The notes under the pieces were generated by a model that saw only the letters and a program-made list of their open reading frames with translations, was not told the DNA's origin and ran no database searches. A program made the position numbers and the translations under genes. This document shows, piece after piece, positions 25,575-39,290 of a stretch of 64,000 bases of DNA (its first letter is position 1; each line of letters starts with the position of its first letter). This DNA comes from Marsupella aquatica. Its lineage: Eukaryota > Plantae > Marchantiophyta. Location of the stretch: positions 24,313,971 to 24,377,970 of the forward strand of contig OZ316892.1 in NCBI GenBank assembly GCA_973895155.1, given 5' to 3'.

Positions 25575-26055
25575 TAATCAATCTCCTTAGTACTTGATGA
25601 AATCTGTCAATTTTTGATTCCTTGGGAAGCTCAAGATCAAGATTTAGAAAGTCATGACCTCTTTAGTAGTGTCTCGATAAAATCTCTCAATGTCACACTC
25701 ATTGGAAAGCTAGAGTAAAATTAGAAACTCATCATCTCCTTAGTACTTGACCAAATCTATCAATGTTAGGTTCATTGGAAAGCTAAAGAAATTGGATGAT
25801 CTCTCTACTTCTTGACGAATACTCCCAATGTCACACATTAGAAAGCTAGAGAGATTGAAAACCTCATGATCTCTCTAGTATCGTGACAAAATCTGACATG
25901 AAATTTGTCAATGCGGACTCAATGTTGGAAAGCTTAAGGAATTCATGAACTCATGATCAAGAATTTTTATTCACACTCATTGGAAAGGCAACAAAATTCA
26001 AAAACTCATTTGGAACTCGACAAAATTTGTCAATCTAAGGCTCATTGGAAACCAT
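25575..26055. repeat. Degenerate tandem array (~70-bp unit, cattggaaagcta core)
   Basis: Recurring ctcattggaaagc / atctccttagtacttga / aaatctgtcaat motifs, about 6-7 times. Confidence 0.7.
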
Positions 26056-26516
26056 TTCTTGATTAAGAGATATCACAGTCTTGTCACCGTCACAAACTTA
26101 GCCGTTGCAAATTGATTATTTAATTACATTGCCATCGCTTGTCCGCAACGCTTGCTTCCCGGTTTGATTTGTTCGTGTCCCTCCAATCTTCAACCAAAGC
26201 TCACTCTGAACACAGGTTGACGCCATATGCAACCTCTATGTCAAAGAAACAATTGTTCGTCTCCCCCTCACACCATAGCTTTCTTAAATCACAAAAAGTA
26301 CGAAAACTTAATTTGAAGTGATGGCTCGTCCATTTTGTGCATTCTTCCCACCAAAATGACAAGCGCTCGTTTGCCAACAGCTGAGTGCTGTCCTCCAATT
26401 GGTCTTGTGACGGTAATGCTCAACGTATCTCACAAACAATCAATCATGAATAGTAGAAATACGATTTCTCCAATATGTAAGCGAAAACCGTCAAAAAATG
26501 CAAGAAATGCTGGCAT

Positions 26517-27133
26517 ATAATATATGGTCTGCACTCATAAATTAAAGGTGGTAATATATGGTGTGCACTTATGTATCAAATGGAAGGTTGAATGTGGAGA
26601 AATTGAGTTTTTGAGTATCATTTTTTGAGTATCATTGTTTTAGGGTTTAGGGTAATGAAGTTAGCAATGTTAGAAAGGAATTTGACAATTAAGGCAGTAA
26701 GTTGGGTGTTTGGTTGGAATTGTTGTTTTTAGTTGGAATCATTTTTTGGTAGTTGAGTTGTTTAGAAGACCTTCAGCCCAGATACATGGAGCAGTATGCA
26801 CTAAGTATGCCTTCATATGAGACCCTGCCATGGTTGTGCAAACAATTTATTACCTCATGCACTAGGTATGCCTTCATATGGGGCCTTGCCATGGTTGTGC
26901 CAACTACTTATTACCTGGGTCTAGGTATCTCCACATCAAATTATGACATATATTGTGTAAGATATCCTTCCATACCATGATAAACCTTGTTATTTTATTT
27001 AAATAAACTAGTGCACACCATAGATTAACGTGTGATTACCCCACTGCCCACTATTTCTTATAACCTTTTCCAAATCAATAAGTGCACACCATATATTACC
27101 ACCTTTAAACTATGAGTGCACACCATATATTAT
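26517..27133. mobile_element. MITE-like element with ~58-bp inverted ends built from GTGCACACCATATATT units
   Basis: 26517-26575 is the reverse complement of ~27076-27133; internal ~60-bp tandem duplication at 26800-26920; extra motif copies extend to ~27215. Confidence 0.7.
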
Positions 27134-30100
27134 CTATGAGTGCAACCATATATTAACACACGATTATTATCTCCTATAACCTTTTCCACATCAATGAGTA
27201 CACACCATATATTGCCACATTTTGACATGCTATGACAGCTGGGCTTATTATCTCGTACTACCCCTTCCGCAGTGCGAGGTCTTACAATAGTAGATCAGGA
27301 GCACCCGATGCAGAAAACTTGCTTTTGTTTTGTCGTCACAATTCCGTGACACCCACTTCTATCTCGGCTCTTGTATCGAGACGCGACCACTCTAGGTGCG
27401 CGACTATACTGTAAACCCTGTAGAATAGGCGTATCCGAAACTGAGCATCAGCTATGGATGCTCGTGGACCTGTTGGAGCCAGCGGTTGCCCTAGTAATCA
27501 GTGCAAATCAGGGCAAGAGGTGACGACGACCCGGAACATGCACGTGTGGAGAGGTTGTGTTTCGCAATAAGCGAACCCAACTAAGCAAGATGTCAGTTTC
27601 ACGGACACCAAGAAGGATGGGGACGTAAACGACACAGAAAGCCTTTTGAGATGAGGCCATGAGGGGATTGAAAGCTATCAACCTGCGCTTTTGGGGGGAA
27701 TGCGTGTACAATCTGCATTCCTTCGATTTAGGTTTTCGCATGAGCTAAACTCGATCCCAGGACATCCTACCGTCAAAGCTTCTCACATGATTTGGAATCG
27801 GCGGAGCCCAGGGAGGTCACCAACATTGATTGTAAATGTATCTAATCGACAAGATCGTTTGTGCATGTTTCCAATCTTTGGTTCCTTCTTGGTTAGTGCA
27901 TCAGTCAGGTTCACACTTGGAGTAGCTGCAAGGGAAACACGCTTTACCAACAAAGGAATGTGATGAGTCTCATTTCAGTGCAAGGGGTACAGTGGAACGA
28001 TGGCTGATCCACTAAAGATTTCATCTGTATCCTACATCGTGGGAACGAACGCAGGCAGGAGGTACAAGATCTGAAGACTGTTCTCCAGCCCACGATTCCA
28101 CTATTATCCTGCTCGACAAGAGCAAAAGCTTTTGAGGGAAATGAAACGAAATCTAAGGGAGAGATCTGTACCAGATGGACGAATGTAGTAGAACAATTTG
28201 TATCATTTCAACTCTGAAAGACTAAACCGGTAGTCCCTAACAATCACAGGCGAAAACTTCAAAACGGTGTGATTTGAGTCCTCGATCGTCAAACAAACAC
28301 ATTACCAATTCAAGCAATAATAAAGCAGAAAACGGCCCATTATGAAAAGATGCTGTCCCGCTCGAGAGGATTACCCAGAGAGTGTGTTGAAGGCATTGAA
28401 CAACAGCTGTGGAGAAATGCTCAAGCAGAAGCTTCTACATGCAACAAGACTTAGGATGAGACCTAGTCGAAAACAAAAGTAGACTTCTAGACCACGATCC
28501 GGAACGGTACGTTTGATGATAAGTACAGATGGGCCTGAAACTGCTTTAAGTTAGCTGATGCAATCCCTGAGGCAATCCCCGTTCAGCTTCCGCCCTGGCG
28601 TTGTTTTCCCAGTTCTAGTTTATCTTCCTTGATTTCGAACCACCAGCCCCATATGGCCTCCACGACAATCGAAGTACAATACCTTCGAGCTCACTCCAAC
28701 CTCCAAACATGTAACAATGCGACGAGTAGATTTCCAGTATCAAACGATGATGAACACTTAGAATCCGCAGACAGTCGTGAGAAGAAGTGATTGGGGCCCT
28801 GAAGGATAGCAATGTCTCCACAACAGTCTCCGTTCGAGAAGAGGTCTAACACGGCTCGAACCTACTGCCCCAACAACCCTTACCTCGGACATCGAACGTG
28901 AACGTCTCGTTTTCAGCAAGTTTTCCCGAGCCTCAGCTGTTTCTAGCAGCTTTGGATCAAATAGACAGCTGACGTACGAAAAACTAAAACATTCGGACAG
29001 CAATACTCTTACCAAAATGGTAAGTGATTTTTAAATTTGCTTGGAAGAGGTCTCGATCATTGAGACAATGCGAGTCGGGAAGGTCGGCCCTGTGGCAAGA
29101 GTTTTCTGTTAAGCAGAACAGAACGAAAATTCTAGAACTCACAAAACGCTTTACCAGCCTAGACAGTGACTTCGCAACGAACATGCAATGCCCGCAAGGA
29201 AAATGTGAAGCCACTCCACGCTCTCGATGGAGACGTGACATAAAGCCAAGGCACCATGAGCACTTGAGAACGACGCGCACCGTCTAGCCACAACTAAAGC
29301 TGGCAATGACAAGGTAGCAAACTGACTGCGGACAGACGCGACCAACAGGTCCGACTGATAGTGTTCAAGGAGCGACAATAACGTAATGTTTCATAGTCGG
29401 ACAAAATTTAAAAGACCGTCCTAGTTGAGTAAAATCGGTCACCGGTGCGGAGCAGAGAGAACGAAGCAGACAGCAGAGACTTGGCCGAGACGGGCATCCA
29501 CGGATCACTTCTGAATACACAAGTGTAAACCTTTACAGTGCCCATAATTTATTGAAGGAATGAGAAGCAGAGACTTAATAATGTTACTCGGCATTCAGAG
29601 AATATAAGAATTTAACGAAGTTCACCACTTCAGGCCTCAAAGGCTACGAATTCTACCTCAACACAGCGTTACGGCAAGTAGACAAATGACCAGCAAAACA
29701 GCAACCTACAATCGCTGAACTTCCACAGTGAGACCTACGAAGCCCTTCAATCAGCCTGCGCGGTCATTTCAGATAACCAACAAAAATGCATTTCCTTCCA
29801 TCCCTCAACAGGCTATGAACATTGACCTGCAAGCTTCAAGTCTCATGCGATTTCAGCTAGATACTCCAACGCGAGAGACGTGAGAGTAAGATTGCCTTAT
29901 GTTGCCATTGGAGTGTTGCAAAAACCATGCTCATCTCCAGTTGTGGACTTTTCAGTGTAATCTGACATTTCTATACACTCACAGAAATGCTAAAAGGATA
30001 ATAAAGAAATCAAGTAATAAATAGCAGTCAAGAGCTACACTAATCTCGCCGTGAGGCAAGGCAAGTGCAATAAGTGCACCAAACCCCATGACAAATTTCT

Positions 30101-31004
30101 ACTGACCATCAAGAATATCGGGACATCCCGTATATCCTCAGTATCAAGTACATTTAATACTTGATACTGTGCTAATCGGTCCAAAATGTCAGAATACTAG
30201 GTCTCAGCAAGTATCAACAGGCGGGACCAGATATCGAAAATCAAGGTCCCCAAAAGTTCAGGCAGTGGAAACTAGAAGAAACGGCGTCGCACCATGAATG
30301 GATCTTGGATAATTCACTCGACAGGCGCGAGCTACACTGGACGGGCCGATACAGGACGATCGAGCTTCAAGAAGCCAAGAGTGTTTCTTCAGAGAGGGAA
30401 TCAACCCACTTCTTGTCTTCTTGCACTTGAAACCGTCTCCCAGACGCTGAGTGAGTGAGTGAGTGCCATTTGCAGATCTTCTTTGCTCAAGTGTCACATA
30501 CCAATCGTCGTATTGAGATCGCCGACGACAACAATAATTCAAACTCCACCCTTCACCACCACGCATCCCCGTCTTGCAGAAAACCTTCGCATGTTATCAA
30601 AAAAGATTCAACGGAGAGGTGAAGTGACGGTCAGAGTCAGCAACGACAAGCCACAGAGAAGACGACCAAAGGGAAGCTCTGCCCTGTGACCAAAAAGAGT
30701 TCAGAAAGCAACCAAATCTCGACAAGGACATCTGAACCTATACGCAGGAATCAAGCAATAGATAATTACAAACCCAGTTACATTCGGTGTGCTCGGCAGG
30801 CAGGCCACCCTTTCGAAGTTACGCTTTCAGGATCTATCGATTGAGCTAAGGAGCACCAGTCCTGGCAAAATCAAAATGAACGCAGTCGAGACTAGTGTAG
30901 AGGTAGTACTGACTGCGATCGAGCAGACCAGCCAACCAATTCATCTTTTCCCGCTCCAACATGCGTTCCAGACTCAGAGGAGGGGGAGGACTCACACGCA
31001 GCCA

Positions 31005-31097
31005 GACCCTGCAGCAGAAGAGGGGTAGCACAGCGTCGTTGCATTATTGGCCTCTGAATTTTCCATCGCTGTGCTCTCTCTCTTCTGGTACCGAATG
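31005..31097 (-). ncRNA. MIR529: MIR529 precursor hairpin; mature miR529-5p CCAGAAGAGAGAGAGCACAGC at 31068-31088
   Basis: The minus-strand 5' arm matches the miR529 family (AGAAGAGAGAGAGCACAGC). It pairs with the 3' arm GCUGUGCUACCCCUCUUCUG (plus 31015-31034), has an extended lower stem and a ~30-nt loop, and lies in a TE-free CpG-rich region. Confidence 0.88.
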
Positions 31098-31164
31098 TGG
31101 TGCTCTCCAATCACTCCTCTTTCGCCTGAATCCGCGAAATTGTCACATACATTATTGCTCTTGA

Positions 31165-31195
31165 CTCGCACGTGTGCAAAACTTTAAAAGAAATG
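31165..31195 (-). promoter_or_regulatory. Putative MIR529 proximal promoter (G-box CACGTG, TATA-like TTTTAAAG)
   Basis: CACGTG at ~31169 and an AT element at ~31181-31190, ~80-100 bp upstream of the hairpin on the minus strand. Confidence 0.3.
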
Positions 31196-33469
31196 GCTCT
31201 TTGTTCATCGGGAGCGGGAGCCTTGGACAACGGGACGAGCTCCTAGGAGTCAGCCAGAGTAGTTGTAGTACTAATTGCATTCATTCCTCACCACCCCCAT
31301 CCGTCCCCATTCGCCACTACAGCCAGCACACAGTCATATCTCAAAGGTGACAATGAGGGGGAGTGACTCCACCCCTTCCTTCCACTCCGAGCCCAGCCCA
31401 GCCCAGCCCACCTAAGCTCAGCTCGGCAAGCAAGCTTTGGGATGATCTCACACGACTTGGAAATTTCACTCGATGCTCCAATCACCGCAATTTCCCTTCC
31501 TGCCCCACGTCAAACGCAATATCACCGGACACTCAGCAATTGCGCTTGCAGCTGCAAGATTCTACCCAGCTCGAGCCATTTATGGATTCCACTCCAGAAG
31601 TCGTGAAGAACTGAAATCATATTCTATTGCGAGCTTCGCCACGCTGGAAGGGCTTGGCCTTCGCAGAAGGTTCTCCCACCGGGACCGGGCCTGCTATTTC
31701 GATGCGGTGAGTGGTAAGGGCGACGATCCTACCGTATGGGTGACCTCCGGTCAGGTCAACAAATGGTTCCCTACGGTAGACTGGATGGATCATAAATGAA
31801 CGGCGCTACCGGACGGGGACGACGACGACGACGGCATCGGAAGAACAACGGCGCCGGGAAGTTAGGCTCTCCTTGTGTCGCCCTCGGCCGGAGAGGCAGC
31901 GAGCGACGTTTTCATTTGGCAGGGGGCCCTGGATAGCGCAAATCGACGAGCACAGAAAGTGTTGTGTTGTTTGTTGGGGACGCCCCCAAGGGAAGGAAGA
32001 TAATGCACACAAGTAAAAAGAGGTTGCCGGGTGTCAAACTGGCTGGCTGATGCGCCGTGCACGTTAATTTCCCAGCATCTGCACGTAACCTACTCTAAAG
32101 ACTACTCCCAACCGCTCACTATGGTAGTTAGCTAAATGCTGTTTGGGTGTGCTCGTAATTGGGCATCTCAATCTTTTTTTGTTTTTCCTAAGGTTGCAGG
32201 CAAGGGTGTCGTCCCAAAAAAAATAGTGGGACCAACAAAAATGCTTTTCCACACACCCGTGACCGCTGCCTAAAATTAGTACTTTTGGTACAAGTTTTTC
32301 TCACAGACCTAGAGGTTTGAGACCCCTATCATTAGACAAGTAGCTCAGTAACAGTGGATTTTACATAATGTATTGTTGCCCACAATACATAAAAAGTTAG
32401 GGAACTTAAATAAGTTGTTGTACAAAAGAGTTCATTCCCATATTCTCATCCATGTGCAGGTCCGGAGGGGAGGTGAGAGGATCGGGTCTCCCCTTGTGTT
32501 CCCATCCATGCCCCCTGCTATTATCACCTCTCCCCCTTTCCCATATTGTCAGGCCTGCCCCTCCAGGTTTTTATTTCCAGTATTTTCTTGGCAAGGCAGA
32601 TGTCCACTTTAAAAGACTACCATGGTAAAATAATATGACTGTTTCTCATAGATTTGGGATGCAGAAGTCTCATCATTTCAACTGGGTTGTTGTTGTTGTT
32701 GCAAAAATGTTAACATTTTGGTCATTGTTGTTGCAAAGATGTTAACATTTTGGTCATTGTTATTGTCATGAAAATGTTGTTGTCAGGGAGGGCAAAGGAT
32801 AGAGCACATGGACATGTGATGGTGACAACAACCACTTCGTTGCGGAATCCAGCTGTGGTAGCACAATAGGAGGGAGATTTGTTTTTAATATATCGGTTTG
32901 CTTTTTTATGAATATAAATGAATACACATCATCATTGTATAATATCTTTTCATATGATTTTCAAATAAGGTGGAAGAAATGATAAGGTAGTCTTTACATA
33001 AACTTAGCCAGCTGTTGACCATCAAATAAGGCAGTCTTTACATAAAATTGGCCAGGTTCCATGGTAATATGATCATCCGTGTCCTCTTCCCTAAGCATAG
33101 AACCCTTTCCACCCCTCAACATTGGGTTGGGTCTCCCACCCCCTCCTGGTTGGCTCTGGGAAGGATGTCTATAAACCCACTCCCCCAACCCCCTGGATGA
33201 GGTGGGGCCCATAGCAGGATGTTGACAGTTGGTCATTCCAAACTAACTATAGATATTTTTGTTTAGTTAAGTGGAAACAGGTGACAATACAGTCCTTAAC
33301 TTTAAAAAGAATAAAAAGTGCATAATTACACTAAATGCACTCGTAAGGTATCTAGTAAATCTCTGAAAATTATTTAAGAAATACAAGGGACTGAGACAGT
33401 CATTTGTTATTACTGAAAATTATAATAACTCATTCCTAAAGAGACAAGTCAATGTTTTATTGACACTTC

Positions 33470-34600
33470 AAACAGTTGTCAAACAGTAAACAGTTGTTAA
33501 CCCTGGGTAGCTTGACTGCCCACTGTGCTCGATGGTGTCCTCCACAGTACCAGAGGGATCTTGGGTGCACTCAAGTTGCATCAACCTAATGACATTTTTA
33601 TCAGTCATCTCTGAGATTGGAGTGATCAAAAACTTTGAAGATGGATGAAAAATCAATCCTGCCGGGAGATGGATTGTGCAATCGAGTGGACAATGAAGTG
33701 GAATACTCTGGTTTGATGCTTTTGTGCGGCTGGATGGATTGTGTTGCCATCAAAAATATTTTAGGAGGGAGCATTGAATGAATGACAAACAATTGGCTGT
33801 TGGATTAAATGTAACAGATCGTGAGTTTTGACTGTACACAATTTCCTTGCAGAAGTGCCTTAAGATGGAGCCAAACTTGGAAGGGAAATGGGAATAGAGT
33901 GAAGAACAGGGCCCATGAAAAGAATCTGAAGTTGGGCTCGCATTCAATTTGGTCTCTCAGGTCAATTGAGATAACCAAATGAATGATCCCTGTAAAGGAA
34001 ATTTGTGTAGTTATTAGATCATGCAGTTCAAGCAGACTTGGCAAAGGTATATCATCTGGTAATGAGATGGAGGCTAAGCCATTTGGGGTAGTTATGGACA
34101 GATTGGGCGGGATTGTTTAACATGTTTTTGAGTTTTCATATGACCGATGTTTCATGGGGAGTTGTGGACATCTAGAAGAGTTTCCCTCCAGAGTTCCAGT
34201 GTTATATCCCAACTGGAATTGGCGCGTTATCAAATTAGGAGTACCCCATCCTTGTATCTTCCACAACATTTGTTACTGAGCCGGTGTTAACTAATGTTTG
34301 AGCTGCAGAAATTGCAAAGATTGAAGGGCTTCCAGCCATATTCTTCTACAAAGTGCTGAAGACTGCGACCAACTGCGAGTGGCAAGTTTGATTACAATAA
34401 ATAGCTCTGGGAAGGCAGTTTCGGAGAAGTGTTCAAGGTGTTCATATGACATCCATGCTTATGTACCTCGCATATCTTTGAGGTCAATACTGCTCTGCTA
34501 TGTCCACAAGAATTGATCAAAGACGAGCAGGTAGGACGTGTTCATGCAACGTCTCAAAGTATTGAAGTTGATGGGGCTCCTTCATTAATCAATGTCAGGT
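33470..34600 (-). pseudogene. Degraded coding remnant, family not recognised
   Basis: Protein-like fragments in shifting frames (RRIWLEALQSLQFLQLKH, KFGSILRHFCKE, LPPKIFLMATQSIQPHKSIK) with multiple stops. Confidence 0.3.
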
Positions 34601-37151
34601 CATGAGAAACCCATTCATTGATTAATTCACAAACTCAAACTAAGCTCATGAATTTTAAAAAACCCTAATTATGCAAAGAAACAAGGGGTCCACGGATTAA
34701 TTTCAAAAATAGTTAAATAATGAAAACTATAAAGATCCTTTTAAAAAAAATGGTCCAGCAGCAACTCACAATCAAATAATTTATTGATTTTGCAGCACAC
34801 ACTTAAAGATTCAGCAAGACCAGCTCCTGGGAAGTCATTTATGGCATTTGGACTGTCGACTGGCTGTCTATCGCCGTCCAATTGCTGCCCATAAAAATGA
34901 AAGATTCTTATTTTTACTTTAAATGTCAAAAGCTTTCTGTAAACCTTACTTTTGGGTAGGGTTTGTGTAAAAGCACTGCAATTGTAGGGGTTTTTAAATG
35001 GGCACCTCCCCCTCCCCACAGAGATGGTCGACCATAACACCCACAACCAGCTGGACAAAATTTGGCAACTCATTTCTTAGATTTATCTTGATCATTGCAC
35101 ACATTTAGGGCCTGTGGACTAGGACATTGCAACAATGCCATATGTGAGGTCCAGGGATCCATAATTGCTTGTAATACTTAAAGAGTTTTACATTCAGGGA
35201 ACCATATTAATTAAGCAGCCACAAGCCTGCTATGCAGTATTGTAAACAAATACAATCTGAGGTTCAAGGGACAAAAGGAGTAGGGGTGGGACTATATGTC
35301 AATCTTACAAGCTTTTCTCCTTGTAGCAATGGGAGTAGGTTGTGGGGTTAGGGTATTTGGAGCAGGTGAAATCCCATGCATCAAATGATGAAGGTGGAAC
35401 CCTACAGACACATTGAGCTATCCATTTGGGGTGGGTGGATGGGGGGTGGGGACACTCCAACTCCATGGCAAAAATGCTTAAGAGAAATACACCTATTTAG
35501 AGAATGACAAGATGACAAAAGAGGAAGTGGAAAACATGCTGAAACCATGGCAATGTATCAATCAAAATATGGACATCTCTGAGAACTTACATGCCAGTAG
35601 ACTGAAGCAAGGTGCTTGAATGAGTAAGGGTCACTCTTGCGTAAGAATACATAATAAATGAGTTCAAATTTCAAGTTTGAATGAGAAATCTCTTTCAACG
35701 GCTCACTCTTTGACAGGCGGGCTGGAAGCCTTATCCTTGAGGACATGATGATGGACTAGATGGGAGGTGTAACTGCAAAAGGCTAAGGGTGCTTGAAACT
35801 TTGTCGGATTCCAAAAATCAAATGAAATTGAATGCAAGAGATTGTGGGTCTAACCCTTAATATATGCTAATAATGATTGGAATCGGAATTCCAAGAAATT
35901 TTGGAAACAAAGAAATAACAAAAACATAAACTAACACCATGTGGAGCATCACAACAAGGAAAAACAAGCGGGAAAACAAGGCAAACCAGGATATTCTTGA
36001 ATCCATTCAGATGGAAAATTAAATGTAAAGCCAAAGAACATCAAAGAGAACATCAAAGTCCAATCAGAGATTGTATCCCAAGAAATGTCCAGAGAAATGT
36101 ACTTCCCAAACAACAAAAACCAGCTTCTTAAAAGTTCACCGTCGAACCCAAAAAGAGTTGTTTAGTCAATGACCAATAGTTACCTTGTACCTTGGTAGTT
36201 ACTCAACGTCATCCAGAACTAACTCTAATTAAAATGGATGAGGCAAGCAATGCAGCAGTCTCTTCAATGCACAAACACAAAACATGCCCAGAAATACAAA
36301 AACTACTCTCCAAAAAATAGCTCTCATCCCTACTAGTGTAAAACAACCAAGTTGGCTCACATACAAAAACCAATTCCTAAAGTGTCCCCTGTCACTTCCA
36401 AAACACCCAACAGTACAAAAGATTAATATAGGATCATTCAGTTTTTTCCTTACCCACCAACTGTACAAACATGATAGAATGTTTGAATGCTTTTAGGCAA
36501 CCCAGAAAATACATGGCAGTATAAAATCCAATGTTATGACAGTTGTTTCCCATGAAAATTTTAAAAGTTCAATAAATAATGGCAGCATGGTCGAGTAAGG
36601 TTAACATTTTTTTTCTAATTTTTGATTAAAAAGTTTATTCCGCGTGCACCTCATGGATGGAGTGAACCAGCAGGCCAAAAGGCAAACAGGCCACAGAAGG
36701 GGCAAAAGAACAGGTTTAGACCCAAAAAAAAAAGTGACCACTTTGAACCACTCCTGTAAAACAAGGACCACATAGCAGGAACAGGGCACCATTCAGACCA
36801 GTAGGCAAAGCCAGCAAATGAATCCTATCTAGTCAATAGCCCTACTCAGATCAGTGAGTACTTTGAGAGAAAGGTTAACATTAACTCAGGTAAATTTCAC
36901 AGCAATGATATTTACCTATTTTTGAATGTGCAAAACTATCCCCATATCATTCTCACAATTGCTATGGAAAATAAGTGCGAGCACAATCATGCTCAGCGGA
37001 CAAGTAAACTCATGTTGTAATGGTTTGCTACTTAGTCACTTGTTGTATATCACACAAATGAGAAGGGTGGTGACCCTTTGTCTTTGGTCTGTCATTGTGT
37101 ATGAGGGGAAATTGAATACCATATATAATTATCTTTGCTATACTTAACAAA

Positions 37152-37520
37152 GAACTTAAAGCCGGGATAGACACAAACGTTTGAGAAAAAGCCCCGATGG
37201 ACAAACACAACCTGGATGGACACAGAACAAACCTAAGATTGTGCTTGTATAACACGTTTTTCACTTGTGCTCCAATGGTGACCCGTAAGGAGCTGTCTGA
37301 CCGGGAGCAGGAGGTTGTTTCTTCTCGTAGTCTGTCCAGGCAGGAGCAACGGAGGAGGTTAAATGTACTTAATGTAATGTCTAAATCTCGGTTAGCTTCC
37401 GTTCATAAGACACCTGTAATCCATTTTGTGTGTCATTAAGGATTGGTGTTACAGTGTCAACAGGCTGTGTCCATCTAGGTTGTCCCTACAAACGTTTGTG
37501 TCTATCCTGGTCTTAAGTTC
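37152..37520. mobile_element. Mutator-type MITE with 9-bp TSD
   Basis: TIRs GAACTTAAAGCCGGGATAGACACAAACGTTTG / CAAACGTTTGTGTCTATCCTGGTCTTAAGTTC; TSD CTTAACAAA at 37143-37151 and 37521-37529. Confidence 0.9.
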
Positions 37521-37889
37521 CTTAACAAAACATTATACTTTAATCTCAAATTTAGGGTCCAAGCCTTCCTTTTCAGGGAGGAGGTATGGTAGCATGTCTA
37601 TTCCCACCTGATAATTAGAAAGAAGTACATTACCTCTCCAATGATTCAAGAAGTGGTTTGTTTGCCTCCATGCTTCATGTTGTGCCGAATGACCAAGCCT
37701 CTGACCACTGAGCTCCTCCTGGTAACCCTCTAACGGTACCCTCACCCCTGAAATAACTCATGGTACTCAATCTACAATCTGCAACCCTTGAGGGTACTAT
37801 TGGCTTGTCATGGAGATGACAGTTTGGGTGCCTTGGTACCAAAACAATGGATACTTCTGACCACAATAGTGGTGAACACCTGGCTCGAT

Positions 37890-38176
37890 GGGGTCACTTT
37901 CACGGAAGTGGCACATCACGTGCGACAAAGTATAGGCCCATGTGTGTAGCGGAAGACTTCCAAAGTTTTGTGTAAGAACACATAGGGCATGTTTTATTGA
38001 CTGGTCGGCTTTAAAGAACACATAGGCCTATTTAATTATAAATAATAATTTCTTTAAAGTTTTTGGGGGTTTTTTAGTTAAAAAATGGCAAAAATTTAAG
38101 AAAGAAAGGGTTTTGCAACAAAAAAAAGTTTCACTTATAATGTCACACGTAATGTATGGCCCTCCATAGTAACCCC
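37890..38176 (+). mobile_element. GGGGTCACT family MITE, copy C
   Basis: GGGGTCACTTTCACGGAAGTGGCACATCACGTGCGAC ... GGCCCTCCATAGTAACCCC; colinear with copy A. Confidence 0.85.
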
Positions 38177-38434
38177 CCGGGAGACCTGGTGGCACATTTA
38201 GTATGACAATTTGAGCCCATGTTTGGGAATTGCAGACCCCGATGTGCAAGGGATTGAGTTACAGTGCCTTATGCCCTTATACTTGGGGTCATATCTTTTT
38301 CCCTTATCTTTGTTGTGTTGAGCAACTCGCTGAGCAAAGGACAGTTACTTAGAAGACAACATGCACATGTGCAACATCCATCAAACACACAAACAATCAA
38401 CACAAAAGATGCATTGGTCACCTCTCAAGAGCTT

Positions 38435-38720
38435 GGGGGTTTCATTTCCACAAAAATGGCACATCATATGTGACAAATGATAGGGTTGTTTTATTGATTC
38501 CAAGGGAAGACTTAAAATATTTCTGGTAAGAACAATAAGGTCTTTTAATCCAATTTTGAGACTTATAAGAACATTATGGTATTAATCAAAATTTTGGAAT
38601 ACTCCAAGAATACTCCAACTTTGTAGAGGTTAAAAATAATTTTTTTCTTACAGTTTAGGTGTCCAGAGGCCTAAAAACATCGCAGGTGACGGGGAGGCCT
38701 CCATATATAGTGAGACCCCC
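38435..38720 (+). mobile_element. GGGGTCTCACT family MITE, copy D
   Basis: GGGGGTTTCATTTCCACAAAAATGGCACATCA ... AAACATCGCAGGTGACGGGGAGGCCTCCATATATAGTGAGACCCCC; the right end is nearly identical to the reverse complement of 51834-51880. Confidence 0.8.
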
Positions 38721-38971
38721 ATGCTTGAGAGGCTACGTCCATGCAAATAAACAAGACAATTTCACTGAACTCTAAGCTCGTGGCCTTGATACCTTGTCTC
38801 CACAAACTAAGTTCTCATGTCTCTCAATTGGCTCCGTAACAATGCGCCTAAGTTCCCCTACTAACTAATTCCTGCCATTGAATATAAGTAGCCATATCAC
38901 ATCTAACCTTTACCAAGTACCTGACTATGGTAAGTTACACTTACGTAGTTAGTAACTGTAGACGTGGGGGG

Positions 38972-39290
38972 GGGGTGTTCACTTCCATGGAAGTGGCACA
39001 TCACGTGCGACAAAGTAAAGGCGCATTTAAATGGGTGTGAAGGAGGAAGACTTCCAAAGTTTTGTGGAAGAACAAATAGGGCATGCTTTATTGATTGGTT
39101 GGCTTTAAAGAACAAATATGCCTATCCAAGTGTAAAATATATTTTATTTAAAGTTTTTCACGGTTTAGTAAAGAAATGGAAAATTTTAAAGAAAGAAAAG
39201 TGTTGCAAAAATAATAATTTCACTTATTAGTTAGGCGGGTCAAACCCTAAAGCATCGCACGCAATGTATGGCCCTCCATACAGTGACCCC
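38972..39290 (+). mobile_element. GGGGTCACT family MITE, copy E
   Basis: CACTTCCATGGAAGTGGCACATCACGTGCGAC ... GGCCCTCCATACAGTGACCCC; colinear with copies A and C. Confidence 0.85.

Noticed and set aside
25575-26055. CRISPR-like periodic repeats
   Set aside because: Whole units are degenerate copies with no unique spacers and no cas genes; eukaryotic context.
31347-31368. tgacaatgagggggagtgac resembling miR535
   Set aside because: Several mismatches to the conserved mature sequence and no convincing complementary arm.
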